DNA of 64,000 bases, taken from the NCBI GenBank assembly GCA_002633005.1, contig NMRA01000054.1, positions 1,055,541-1,119,540 of the forward strand. The letters run 5' to 3'. Source of the stretch: Phoronis australis (lineage: Eukaryota > Animalia > Phoronida). Both the position numbers and the translations under genes were made by a program. This document shows, one piece after another, positions 11,801 through 23,000 of the stretch (positions are counted from its first letter, which is position 1; each line of letters starts with the position of its first letter). The notes under the pieces are model-generated. The model was not told the origin of the DNA, made no database searches, and saw only the letters and a program-made list of their open reading frames with translations.

Positions 11801-14800
11801 TTTCTCATGCACAGAAAGTATTTTTGCTTGTAATCGCCCAGACCTAACATAAGAACCATGTGTCAACAAAAAAAAATAAACCCCCCTGCACCAACCTTTG
11901 TCGTGTTAGCCATAGCGTTTGCCATTTTCATGTTAGAATGCATCATCTGAAATAAACGAGAATTTGATTGAAACAAAGACGATAGATTCTATACTTTCAA
12001 CTGCCTCTTTTTCATTGCTCGTAAAGGAAGCAAATTTTCCTCAAACTTGTACTTGTACTAAGTTCTACAAGATAAATAACAAAATGGAACTCCCATTACG
12101 AACTCTCCAGTCCACTTTTTAAACGACGCACTGTTACCTCATGATAACACTCAGAACAATGTTCAAATTATCAAGGGCAACTCGGCAAACCTTTGTTTGG
12201 TTTCCTATGGCCGATACTTTTGTACCAGTAGAGTATATCCTCGTCTTTTGCTTTCTCACGTTGACTAACTGTTTTGCTAGAGCTGCACAAGCCTGAAATG
12301 TGAGATAATTTTTAAAATTAATGATGGTAACTAAACAATTCAATAAGCATCTGCAACAACTATGTCTATTCCACAAGCACGCACTTATTGAAACACAATT
12401 TGTAACCATAAGATTAACTTTTACTTTAAACCGAGTTGTTTTGTTCTGAATGTAAAATTATAGAACTTAGTTAAAGGTTTAATGAACGATGTAATGTGAT
12501 CATTAACTTGAAATCTTGTTTCACAGAATGGCGAGTGATGAGCCTTGCCATGGCCACAAAACAAATCAAGTCATAAAATAAGACAAGTTAAAGCTACATT
12601 TTGACTTAAAATCGCAACTTCAAAAAAGAACATAGCGCATCATGTACACATTGCTGTGACTCAAGTTGCCAGATCAAATTGTACTGTGATAGAAATGGAG
12701 CTCACAGGTGTTATTTTTGTCTTAATATAAGACTTCATTTGTAATTCATCTTACGTTGGTCATTTCTGATCTCCCAAAGCAGTGCTCAGATAACTTTAAT
12801 AAAGATAATGAACTCAGTTCTTTTCTCATGCACCACTATTTGTTTCTTACATGTGGTGTTCCTTTCTGATGGATAATTACAATTTTGAGTTGGCTTACTC
12901 CATGGTTAGAGGGAGCTTTATAGTGAACGCAGTACCACCAGCGTAATCACAATCGCGAAATGAATCCCGCGTCAAACGCTAAAATCTGAGGGCTGATGAT
13001 CAAATGAATATTGTAAACTAATCTTTGCCATCAATAACAAGGACTGATGATCAAATTTATTTTGTAAACTAATCTTTGTCATTAATAGCACAAACAGGAG
13101 ATGTCTGAGAACATCACATGATTTGTATGATTGACGTCTTACTGCAACTCCTTGGTCATTAATCTAAAGTTGGCAATTGGGCTCAACACTCACCGTGGCT
13201 TAAAGGAAATTTCACTTTTAAATGCCCTTGCTTGCCTTAACGCCTACCCCCTAATCAAGTTATATGCCCTTGGTACTAACTAGAACAGATATGGTATTTG
13301 GTTTTACACAATGTTATAAAACAACTTTAGTAACCACCCCTACCTGTTTGTTTCCTTGTTTGGCAGCTTTCTTGATTTCCATTTCCTAAATTGAAACGAA
13401 GACAATTTTCTCGCATTCTCAAACATTAAAAAATAATTGCTTAGTAAACTCAATGGTTGGTTTACAATTTTCCATAAGATTGCACAGCTGGTTTACACGG
13501 ACACTCTTCAATGCTGAAGTGCAAGTACAACCATCATATGGATTGACAAATTATAACGACAAACTTGTATCAAGGTCTTCAGTTACAAATCAAATTCGCT
13601 CATATTCTGTCCTTTCTGGTTTTGTGTGTACTTGAAAATTGATTATCAAAACATGATATACCGTACATCAACATTGCATTTTTAATATAATGTACAAATG
13701 TTGAACACATGCCAACTTCTTCTCTTCCCTTTCCAATGCATTTCTTTCTCTGTCAAGGCCACGTTGGGTCTTTTTTAATTCCCTGTCTTGTGCTCTTATT
13801 TGATCTGAAAAAAAAATCCACCAGTTGCACTTTCCGAAGACGTTACAAAGAAAATATTATCAGCAACAGAGTAACGACAATCAACACTGTACCCATGCTG
13901 GGCACCCTTACGATTTTCATTGAATAAACGAGTATTTTATGGTCTTAACTGTTACACTGAATTCCGCTCAAGTCTTGGACACAAACAGCCTGCACCAGAT
14001 GCATGTCAACTTGTTTACTGAATTGCTTGTGCAGAAATTCTTGCTTTTGTGAATGCAGGATGCATTAAGTTAAAGTAGCAGAGGAAGCAGGCGACTGCAA
14101 GTTTGAAAATTCATGGATTTGAAGCAGGAAATTAATGTACATTTAATACTACTGAAAATTTTTACATATCAGCGCTTGATTTGGTGACATGCAGGTCGCC
14201 AGTGTGACCTCAGATTGTGTTTGGTGACCTGGGAAAAATTCCAAGTCACCACGAAGTGGCCACTGTGAGTATAAAATTAGACAATAATTCCATCTAAATT
14301 CATTTCAAAGTTTGTGTTGACTTCCAAACTTGAAATTAGTCAGTTTCCTGGATTTATTACCCCTGATTCACAATTGTTCCGTTGACTTTATGAAATCACG
14401 AATTTGCCACCCTGTTTAAATTATAACAGGAAGTTAACAGACAGAAGTTGGAATTGTTTGGAAAAAATCGGACAAGAGTGGCAAAATTCATGCCACCAGG
14501 CACGCCTACAGGCGTTTCCGGGGGGAAATCGGAGGAGAAGGAGGTAATACGGCCAGTCGTTCGACCTTTAGACACCTGATTTTGTTTGGCGACCAGGGAT
14601 TTTTGCCAGGTTACCAAATGCAACTTGATGTTTAGCTAAGCGTTGAGCGCTGCATATAATTGAATTAAATTACTACTTGTCCAGAAAACATGGCTTCTAG
14701 AAAGCTGCTTTCGAAAACAAGGAGCTATGGCCTTATGGGATTTACACACTTTCGTAAACCAAGTGAGACATTTTCTATCGCGATAAAAATTTCAGTCTCT

Positions 14801-17800
14801 TGATTGATTTTCTTAGGTGACACCATGTTTTTGTGTTTTCTGGACATTAGGGGCACTAGTTTGAGCCTGGAGACTTCCAAAATTCCAGAGTTTTTACTCT
14901 TTCCAGGTCCAAACTTTTCGTTTGGACTTTTCCAAGATTTATATAAAGAAGTGCATCCCCCAACTTCACGTTTTTATCGTCAATTTAGCACATTAATATT
15001 AGAAAAGCTACTGACGTCAGATACTAGTACATACTAAGCTGAAAATGATCTCAGTAAGGGCTAATGTTTTAATGTTATATAGGAACCTAGAAAATTGTCC
15101 AAATTTAGCTAACTTCACAACATCGTATCTCAGAAATGGCTGACTGAATTCATATGAAATTTTCAGATACTGTTGTTCTCCAAAACATTGTTAGAAATTG
15201 TTTTTAAAATGTTTCACGTGATCACGAGGGGCTATAAAAATAGGATTTTCAACATGTATGATTTTCATGAAAAAAAATTCCATAAAAAGAAAACAAAATA
15301 GTATTTTAGAAAACTGTAACAGCGCTTTTGAGATCTTCCCTTAAAAATTTATATCAAATAAAATTTGATCTTGTTATTGACACCATCGTTTGTTATCAAC
15401 GTACATTTCGTTTTCGCTAAATTTTTATGAAAAGACATGATCGCGTCACATAATTAGTAAGAGATTGGCAAGTAAAAAATTATATTCTACAGGCTTCGCA
15501 CTTACAGAAAATATGCACTTTTACGGAGTTGAAATCTAGTTTCCTAAATATTTGGCTAAATACTCAGACCTCTCAATAACATCCTTAATGTGTTTTTTAT
15601 TTTTGTATTTTTAATAAGTAATTCACCGACACTCACCTTGCATGGTAAAAATGTTTTACGCCAAAAACAATCTAAGATTTTCTTGCATCACTTTCTCACT
15701 TTTGTAACAAAGAAAAGAATGTTGTGGACTTCGAAATAGTACATTTGCAACATCTTAGTTCTTTTGCAACATCTTTTGGAAAAAGGGCAACTTTACTGAA
15801 GCAACATTTGGTCACAAATTTGCCAACTACACTTTACAAAATACTAAAATTTACAATACAAAGAAACCATTGCCTGGTTATTGCACACAACCTTGTAGAA
15901 AAAGAGTAGATGATTGAAAAATTGTCAAAAAATGACCAATAGGTGACGCTCTATTTCATCACTCCACAAGTTTAGTAGTAAAATAACAGTATATAAAAAC
16001 TAAATTTTCAACAAAGGCAATAAATTTAGTTTACTAAAGGAAGAGTGTAGTTTTTAATAGCATTAATTTTATGTCAATTTTACAGCAGTTTTTACCCACA
16101 TCATTCCAAACCTGTACATTTAAGCACTTTTGTACCACGGCTTAGGCAAATCTAAATGGGGAATTGAAATTCTGCTCCTCCAGGACAAGCATTTTCAGAA
16201 GGGAGAGGAGTGTTGTGAATATTGTCATGGCAACAACTGAGATATTCCGTGATGTAAGCGATCCCCAGGCACAAGAGGACCATAAGGCATCGATTCCATG
16301 GTGTAGAGCGAACCATCTAATTTGTAACAACGGCGCTACAAGTTAGCATATCAAGCATCGTAGGGCTACTACTCTCTCTCTTTCATAACTGTTGGGTGAC
16401 CGTAGTTAGCTGTGTTGTCGTTTTTTTTTCCAACACTAGAAAAACCTGTGCCACACTATGCCATGGGAGCTTATCTCGATTGTTTACCATATATCTCTCA
16501 TATGCTATGAATGAAATAAAGGGAATGTAACTTTGAGCTCTCTATGTGGAGCACAATCTACAAGTCTCCCAAGGTTGTCAATCTCACCACTACACGATGA
16601 TCTTGCCTACCCTCCACCTTGTGATCAAATATTGTCCTAGTCAAATTTCACTGGCATGAGTGATCCCAACTCAGTGTTCAAAGCGTCAGCAGCCAATTAC
16701 AGGGTACACATTGATTGACAAGAGCATCGTGTAGTGGCAAGATTGAAGACCTTGCAAGACTTCCGGTAGATCGTGACAGCTGAAAATCAAGAACTTTCCA
16801 TTGGCTTTATCTTTGATACATTTATTGTATAAGAGGTACTAGTATGTGCTAAAAAGATCGAATGTAGTAATTATAACATCAACTCTGTATTGTTGTGAAT
16901 CTTTAGTAATATAAAGGCCTTTCTTAATCATGCCTACATGCAATTGCTCTTGGGATGACTGGAAACAGAGATGCCTGGCTTTACTGTGCGAGTCTCACAG
17001 CACTAGTCGGATATAATGGACCCTAACTTATTCCAAATAAATCCACTAAATGTAGGTCTAAATGAATGATTTTGGTATCGTTGCATTCCTCAGACATCTG
17101 GCTATTCGTACAAATCATTTTCACGACCCTCAATTACTCTAGTCTATAGCTACGCTGTTCCGAACTCGGTCCACTTTAGCCACGCGCATCGTGAAATCGG
17201 CAGCCATTTCAGGGAACTTACTGTATCTAGCGACATCTATCGGCGATTTGCTACAACATGCGCTGTTCCTTTTTCATCAGTCAACGTCATTGGTCGATTT
17301 CGTCAATATTATTAACGTCAGTCGTTATTAATCATCTGCTCTCGTCATCACCTTCGTCGTCTCTNNNNNNNNNNNNNNNNNNNNNNNNNNNNNNNNNNNN
17401 NNNNNNNNNNNNNNNNNNNNNNNNNNNNNNNNNNNNNNNNNNNNNNNNNNNNNNNNNNNNNNNNNNNNNNNNNNNNNNNNNNNNNNNNNNNNNNNNNNNN
17501 NNNNNNNNNNNNNNNNNNNNNNNNNNNNNNNNNNNNNNNNNNNNNNNNNNNNNNNNNNNNNNNNNNNNNNNNNNNNNNNNNNNNNNNNNNNNNNNNNNNN
17601 NNNNNNNNNNNNNNNNNNNNNNNNNNNNNNNNNNNNNNNNNNNNNNNNNNNNNNNNNNNNNNNNNNNNNNNNNNNNNNNNNNNNNNNNNNNNNNNNNNNN
17701 NNNNNNNNNNNNNNNNNNNNNNNNNNNNNNNNNNNNNNNNNNNNNNNNNNNNNNNNNNNNNNNNNNNNNNNNNNNNNNNNNNNNNNNNNNNNNNNNNNNN

Positions 17801-18147
17801 NNNNNNNNNNNNNNNNNNNNNNNNNNNNNNNNNNNNNNNNNNNNNNNNNNNNNNNNNNNNNNNNNNNNNNNNNNNNNNNNAATAAAATGGCTGCCGAAGG
17901 CAGTGCACATTTGAAATAACTCGGCACAAATTAAAGAAAACTTCCGAATCGATGAATGCGGTATATCTGTGAGAGTTAAATCGAATCCTATTCAGATCAT
18001 AACTTTGAAGTGGAATAATTCGGTGAGTACAACAGCAAGTCGGTTTTATGCTTAGGCGGACGAACATTGGGCTCCCCAGTATACACTGCGTCGGTATTAA
18101 TAGTACATCTTACCTTGAACAGTCGGACTTTTACCAAACAACGGCAT
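8758..18147 (-). CDS. CHMP2B: Charged multivesicular body protein 2b (ESCRT-III); complement join(18114..18147,13713..13804,13344..13385,12191..12292,11896..11946,10774..10876,10390..10496,8758..8859)
   Basis: Exons of 34+92+42+102+51+103+107+102 = 633 nt give a 210-aa Snf7-family protein: MPLFGKSPTVQDQIRAQDRELKKTQRGLDRER...EMEIKKAAKQGNKQACAALAKQLV...KMEMSEEMINDTLDEMLDESGDEEEQDAIVSQVLDEIGIDISGQ...DIEEQLAKLKAL. All phases are compatible and the C-terminal helix is MIM1-like. Confidence 0.95.
9004..9064. repeat. Near-perfect palindrome with 30-bp arms and a 1-nt spacer
   Basis: gacgctgaggttggctagtaatgaaatatg-t-catatttcattactagcaaacctcagcgtc, one mismatch. Confidence 0.95.
9187..9259 (+). pseudogene. 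tRNA-like sequence (pseudo-tRNA or SINE head; nominal anticodon GGC)
   Basis: Box A TAGCTCAGTGG, box B GGTTCGATTCC, foldable cloverleaf with mismatches, C33 instead of U33, T5 terminator at 9265-9269. Confidence 0.65.
10390..10496 (-). CDS. CHMP2B: CHMP2B exon 7
   Basis: INDTLDEMLDESGDEEEQDAIVSQVLDEIGIDISGQ; gtaag donor. Confidence 0.93.
10774..10876 (-). CDS. CHMP2B: CHMP2B exon 6
   Basis: TMVQMNKVMDPIKTQQTMQAFGKESTKMEMSEEM; gtgag donor. Confidence 0.92.
11896..11946 (-). CDS. CHMP2B: CHMP2B exon 5
   Basis: MMHSNMKMANAMANTTK. Confidence 0.9.
12191..12292 (-). CDS. CHMP2B: CHMP2B exon 4
   Basis: ACAALAKQLVNVRKQKTRIYSTGTKVSAIGNQTK. Confidence 0.92.
12991..13090. repeat. Tandem duplication, about 51 bp x2
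   Basis: ctgatgatcaaat..attgtaaactaatctttg.cat.aata.ca occurs twice. Confidence 0.8.
13344..13385 (-). CDS. CHMP2B: CHMP2B exon 3
   Basis: EMEIKKAAKQGNKQ; tag acceptor, gtagg donor. Confidence 0.9.
13713..13804 (-). CDS. CHMP2B: CHMP2B exon 2
   Basis: QIRAQDRELKKTQRGLDRERNALEREEKKL; GC donor. Confidence 0.9.
14170..14652. mobile_element. Non-autonomous hAT-like element with a 5-bp TSD
   Basis: CAGCGCT...AGCGCTG termini, CATAT on both flanks, repeated ggtgacc/ggcgacc subterminal motifs. Confidence 0.55.
16557..16770. repeat. Degenerate inverted repeat (foldback or MITE remnant)
   Basis: 16557-16605 is the reverse complement of 16719-16770 (caatct..ccactacacgatg.tcttg). Confidence 0.7.
17365..17880. 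other. Assembly gap (N run) in CHMP2B intron 1
   Basis: 516 N. Confidence 1.
18114..18147 (-). CDS. CHMP2B: CHMP2B coding exon 1
   Basis: ATG MPLFGKSPTVQ, then G|gtaag donor. Confidence 0.85.
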
Positions 18148-19022
18148 TGTACAGTTATATATTGAACAAATATAAAAAGTAAGATCAGAACCAGTTTTTC
18201 TTCAGTGTTTCATGTTCATGTGACTCACGCTCAGCAGCTCAGTATCAACAAAATTTCATAACAGGAAGCTGAATTCATGTTAGACATGCGTACAGAAATT
18301 TTTTTTTGTTTAGTCCATGTAGTTTGAAATCAAAGAAAATGTAGAAAACGAGTGATTGGCGACGTTGATGAATTTCTTTCGACTTGTCATTCCATTCTTT
18401 ATGTTATCAATGTTTCGTTAATAAATTGTTTATTTGATTATAAAAACTACCTTTATGCCACCTAGCGACTGAAAACAAAACTGATTATCACTTGGTGTGG
18501 AGCACTGCATAAACGTTGTCTGCTCATGTAACCGCCGTTCAGAATGCGCTGTTTCTCTTGGTTATCTTAGTTTTTCCTGATTAGGATTTCATTGCTGTGA
18601 AATCAACGTTTTGTAAGTATTGAAATGATTTCATTTGCTTGTGCGATTGCATGAAATGTTGACTTGTAAGTTGTAGGCAAGCCGAAGCCAAGGGCGAAGC
18701 TGAGTGAAGGCTTCGGAAGGGCAGCAGGCAATGCCTGGATTTGGCAATACGTCGCCCGCGGATGCCGCAACTCTAGGGCTACGTGTTGCCTATGCCTGGC
18801 TGTGTTGTGGGTACCGTCCATCAACGGCAACACTGCCCCAAAGCCTGCTAGTGGAGCCCTAGAGTCCTGATGGACCAACTAAGGCCATTGGCATTGAGCC
18901 TAGAAAGTTGGGTGCCGTATTTGACACCATTAGTTACCGCCCGGATAGTCAGCTGTTAATGTTGTAGAGATGCTTCCGGTGAATCATATAAGCCTCAGTT
19001 ATCCACTCACTAATGGGTAATT

Positions 19023-19090
19023 GCCTGTTAGCAGAATGGGTAGCGTGCTCGCTGGATTTACCGGGATCGCTAGTTCGATTTCCGGGTCAG
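19023..19090 (+). mobile_element. Degenerate tRNA-derived SINE head
   Basis: Box A-like TAGCAGAATGG and box B-like AGTTCGATTTCC at tRNA spacing; cctg../..cagg ends. Confidence 0.5.
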
Positions 19091-19712
19091 GTAGTCTCAG
19101 CATTTACTACACACTGTCTTGACTTTTCTAGGGAGGACAACGTTTTTTATTTTTTTTACAATATCCATGTGTCATACATTTTTGAAAAGCCTTGGTATGA
19201 GAAATGAAATGGTGCTAAAATCAGAAAAATTGGACGAGCGGTTAACGAGAAAATGTCCGTTGAAGCGCGACGATTATGCGTAAAATATCTGCCTTTTTAC
19301 ATAATTTCGTAAAAAATAAAAGAATATACAAGTGCTGCATATAAAAAGATTCGTCTCATTGAGACAAACATGGTGGTGTGTATTATATAAAATTTGGATC
19401 AATTTCTACAGAGATTTTGTTGTTTACGTGTGTTGTTAGCATATATATAGAAAAGGCTCGTCGTGTTTGATGAAAACAATGGATTACACAGCTTAAAAGG
19501 TAAAGAGCAAAGACACCACATCAGCTCAGAAATAAATACATCTGAGCTAGGAAGAAATTTTACATCAAATCACAATATCACATAGGTGGATTTGGGGGGC
19601 AAGGGGGCCTGGCCCGTGGCCCCCCTGAAACTCCTATATATTTCATTTGGCAGTTTGAGGGTGCAAATATCTTACAGGTAAAATCCTGTGTAATACTCTG
19701 CCCTGCCCCCCC

Positions 19713-20023
19713 NNNNNNNNNNNNNNNNNNNNNNNNNNNNNNNNNNNNNNNNNNNNNNNNNNNNNNNNNNNNNNNNNNNNNNNNNNNNNNNNNNNNNNNN
19801 NNNNNNNNNNNNNNNNNNNNNNNNNNNNNNNNNNNNNNNNNNNNNNNNNNNNNNNNNNNNNNNNNNNNNNNNNNNNNNNNNNNNNNNNNNNNNNNNNNNN
19901 NNNNNNNNNNNNNNNNNNNNNNNNNNNNNNNNNNNNNNNNNNNNNNNNNNNNNNNNNNNNNNNNNNNNNNNNNNNNNNNNNNNNNNNNNNNNNNNNNNNN
20001 NNNNNNNNNNNNNNNNNNNNNNN
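19713..20023. other. Assembly gap (N run)
   Basis: 311 N. Confidence 1.
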
Positions 20024-23000
20024 GCAACAAAAACTTTGTAACAACTTTATTTCGAACGGTGAAGTTGCGATGCCATTGAACTTCAACGTAGCCGCTGGTG
20101 GCGCTGACATGCGGCGACTTAGTGAACTAACGACTGCTGTTTGAAAAGTGCCAATGCGCAGCAGTTTGACAGAATTTCTGAAAATGAAATAATTACCAAT
20201 TAAAGGAGTGATAAATTCCTCATCTAAAAATCTGCGCAACTGGAAAAACATCAATCTCCCGACCGACCAAAATTAGGCCTTCCGGACGATCGAAAACTTG
20301 CACAGAAGTTCAGTAGCGTGACAATACCATCCATTCAGGTGTGTGCTGAACAATCGGACCATACTATTGAGCAACGGGAATCTTTGTCTGAATTTGTACA
20401 ATATAAGACTGTGTATAAGCCAAAAGAAAAGATTCACATCTCCAGTACAGGTGTTTTCCCAGTGGAATAAAGCAGGGTTCCTCTAAACTCACTTGTACCA
20501 GCTAGTACTATTTGTTACTCAAAGTGAGTTGTATTCTTTTTGGAAATTAATTTTTGGGAGGCAGTTGTAGTGTCAAGACAAACACTGTAGTTTGTAAATG
20601 TGGACACGTATTGGATAAACCAATTTTTGTTCAGTATAATATCACTTGCACAGAAGTTTTGTAGGGTGCTTAAGCAGAAGCAGGAACTAAACAACAATGC
20701 TATTTGAACATCATCTATGCTAAACAAAGTGTAATTGTATTTATTGATAACTTGTAAATGTGAAAGCAAAAAAATGTAAAAAGTGACCTTTGCACTAATG
20801 ACGTATCTTGGAGACTCACATAGTCCGCACCATGCAGTGTTATTCCCCAACACCACGTCACAATTCTATTTTCTTACTGGACATGGTTGAGTGATTTACG
20901 GCGGATCATTTTTGACGCAATACTCAGGCTAAAAAACTTCATCGTATTTCATATTCAAATCGTCGCTAAGTGTTGTGTTTCTAACTAATTTGAAAAAATT
21001 CCCTACTATTCAGTTCGGAAAAAACATTTCCCATTATTACCTTCCATGAAATATAGCTAGCTGCCTTTGCACCATTTTGCGATATCTTGATATGAGCATT
21101 ATGGCGTGTCCCAGAAGGTGTTTTGTTGATTTTGCTCACTGGTGAAAAGATGATATCATCTTACAAATTATGACCCATGGGGCCCATTTTATCTAAGGCC
21201 AATTGCCCAGTCATGGCCAAGATGATCACTTGTAGATATGTTATTGTGAATGCTGCACCGTAACATTGCAAATCTGGTGAAAATTGGATCATTGTTCATA
21301 TTAACAATTTTAAGTGTTAGGAAACCATAAAAGGTTATGTAGGCTCTGATGTACTAGTCTGTGCCTTTTGTCATATATCAACAAAAGTATAGACTTCGAC
21401 TTTTAACTCAGTGGTTAAGTATGAACGGTCTACTTGGTTCTGTCCAAGTTATTGCCAGGGGCCGCTGTTATCGTCAACAATTAAAGGGCAGTGTTGTAGC
21501 TAATAGTTGCTTATATTTTGCTCGAATAATCAGCAATCTGATTAGAAACATGTTTAGTTTTATCCAAATTAGAATCCCAAGACAAAATTGAGGCTTTGAG
21601 AGACTTTCGTTGGATACCAGTATTGACGAGTCAATGTTTTGGGGAGTGTCAGTCGATATGAACGGTTAACTTAGGCTCTGAATCATTTGTCCCCAATTGT
21701 ACTTTTATTTTGAGGTAGTTTATTTTTGAGTTATGAATGACCCCCACTACAAGTGTGCATGTACGTATGTATGCGGGTATATGGAATGTTTTCTCATCAT
21801 TTTCACATGTTTGTAAAAGGTATTATGTTTAATAAAACATAGAAAAAAAGTTAGGAGCACAATTGTTCTTTATAGTGAACAAGTGAATTAAATGGAGAGC
21901 ATCGGTACTATGATGCAATATGAACAGTTGAATTCCCAATCATCAGTATGTTTCATTGTCAACAGCAGCACGCATTTTGGTATCATTTGATTATGCATTT
22001 TCAAATATTCACCATTCTAGCGCTATAAGAACTTCATTTCATTTATTATCTGACTATGTTAAAATTATACAAAAAGACGCTTGCATGACTTCTGTCGGAA
22101 CACCATCTTGCAACTTCAGACCTTATATCAAACTCGATAGCTTTGGTCTAACTACCGGCAGTGGGCTGGACCATGGGGCCTGTGCATGTCGCATGCACAG
22201 CAAAAGCATTCAGACCACGTGCACACTTTTTTAACTGGTGAAGCCAGGCTAACAGTTTCAACTAACTACAGTTTTCATCGATGCTCTTCTGGTACCGGAG
22301 TAAAGTTGTTCTGAAAAGACCTTCACATACTTTTTGTAGCGCAGTTACCTCACCGTAGGCAATGCAAGTGACCACAACAGGCAGGTGTACTTTTCAAATT
22401 TCAACATAATTTCTGGTTCTAGGGCTGGATGTTAGGCATCTGTCATAATTGCTAATTTGGGGTATTGAACTTGTTAACTGTTATATAGTTCAAGTAGATC
22501 ATTCCCATCCACATTTTGAGGCCTGTCTACAGTTAGTGAAGGCTATTTCAGACTTAGATTACACTAACAATCAAACATGACATTACTTGATAACTGATTT
22601 GCTCTAGATAAGAGGCCACTTGGGTGCATAAATGGATGTCTTGAAGCAAATTAATTGCCATTATGTGAACACCCATGATGATTTGAGCATCCAGGCGTAT
22701 AAGCAAGAAATTGAAGGTCTTCATTTCCATGTTAACGACAAAGAATGAAGGTCCTGAAAATGCTGTAAATCCAGGTTTAATTTGGAATTTTTACGCTAAA
22801 TTTCGACCATCTGTCACTAAATTTTTATTGTATATCTGTGGAATGTGTGTCCATCTTTATAGTCTGGTTTTCATTACGTGTTCTCTGCAAAAGAAATTTG
22901 AGCCTTGGTAAAACCACTCTGATCCATTAAACATGGTTTTGCTTGCCTTTTCATTCATAATTATGGGTGCATAAAAGTTGTGAACCCTATTTGTGAACAA

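Noticed and set aside
14700-15590. Kolobok-like element ending in ..CATCCTTAA
   Set aside because: It looks transposon-derived, but no matching left TIR or TSD could be identified, so boundaries are unsupported.
17258-20254. Long ORFs in the track
   Set aside because: They are artefacts of reading through N gaps.
20330-20352. REST/RE1 half-site upstream of GRIN1
   Set aside because: Only the TTCAGCAC half matches; the GGACAG half is absent.
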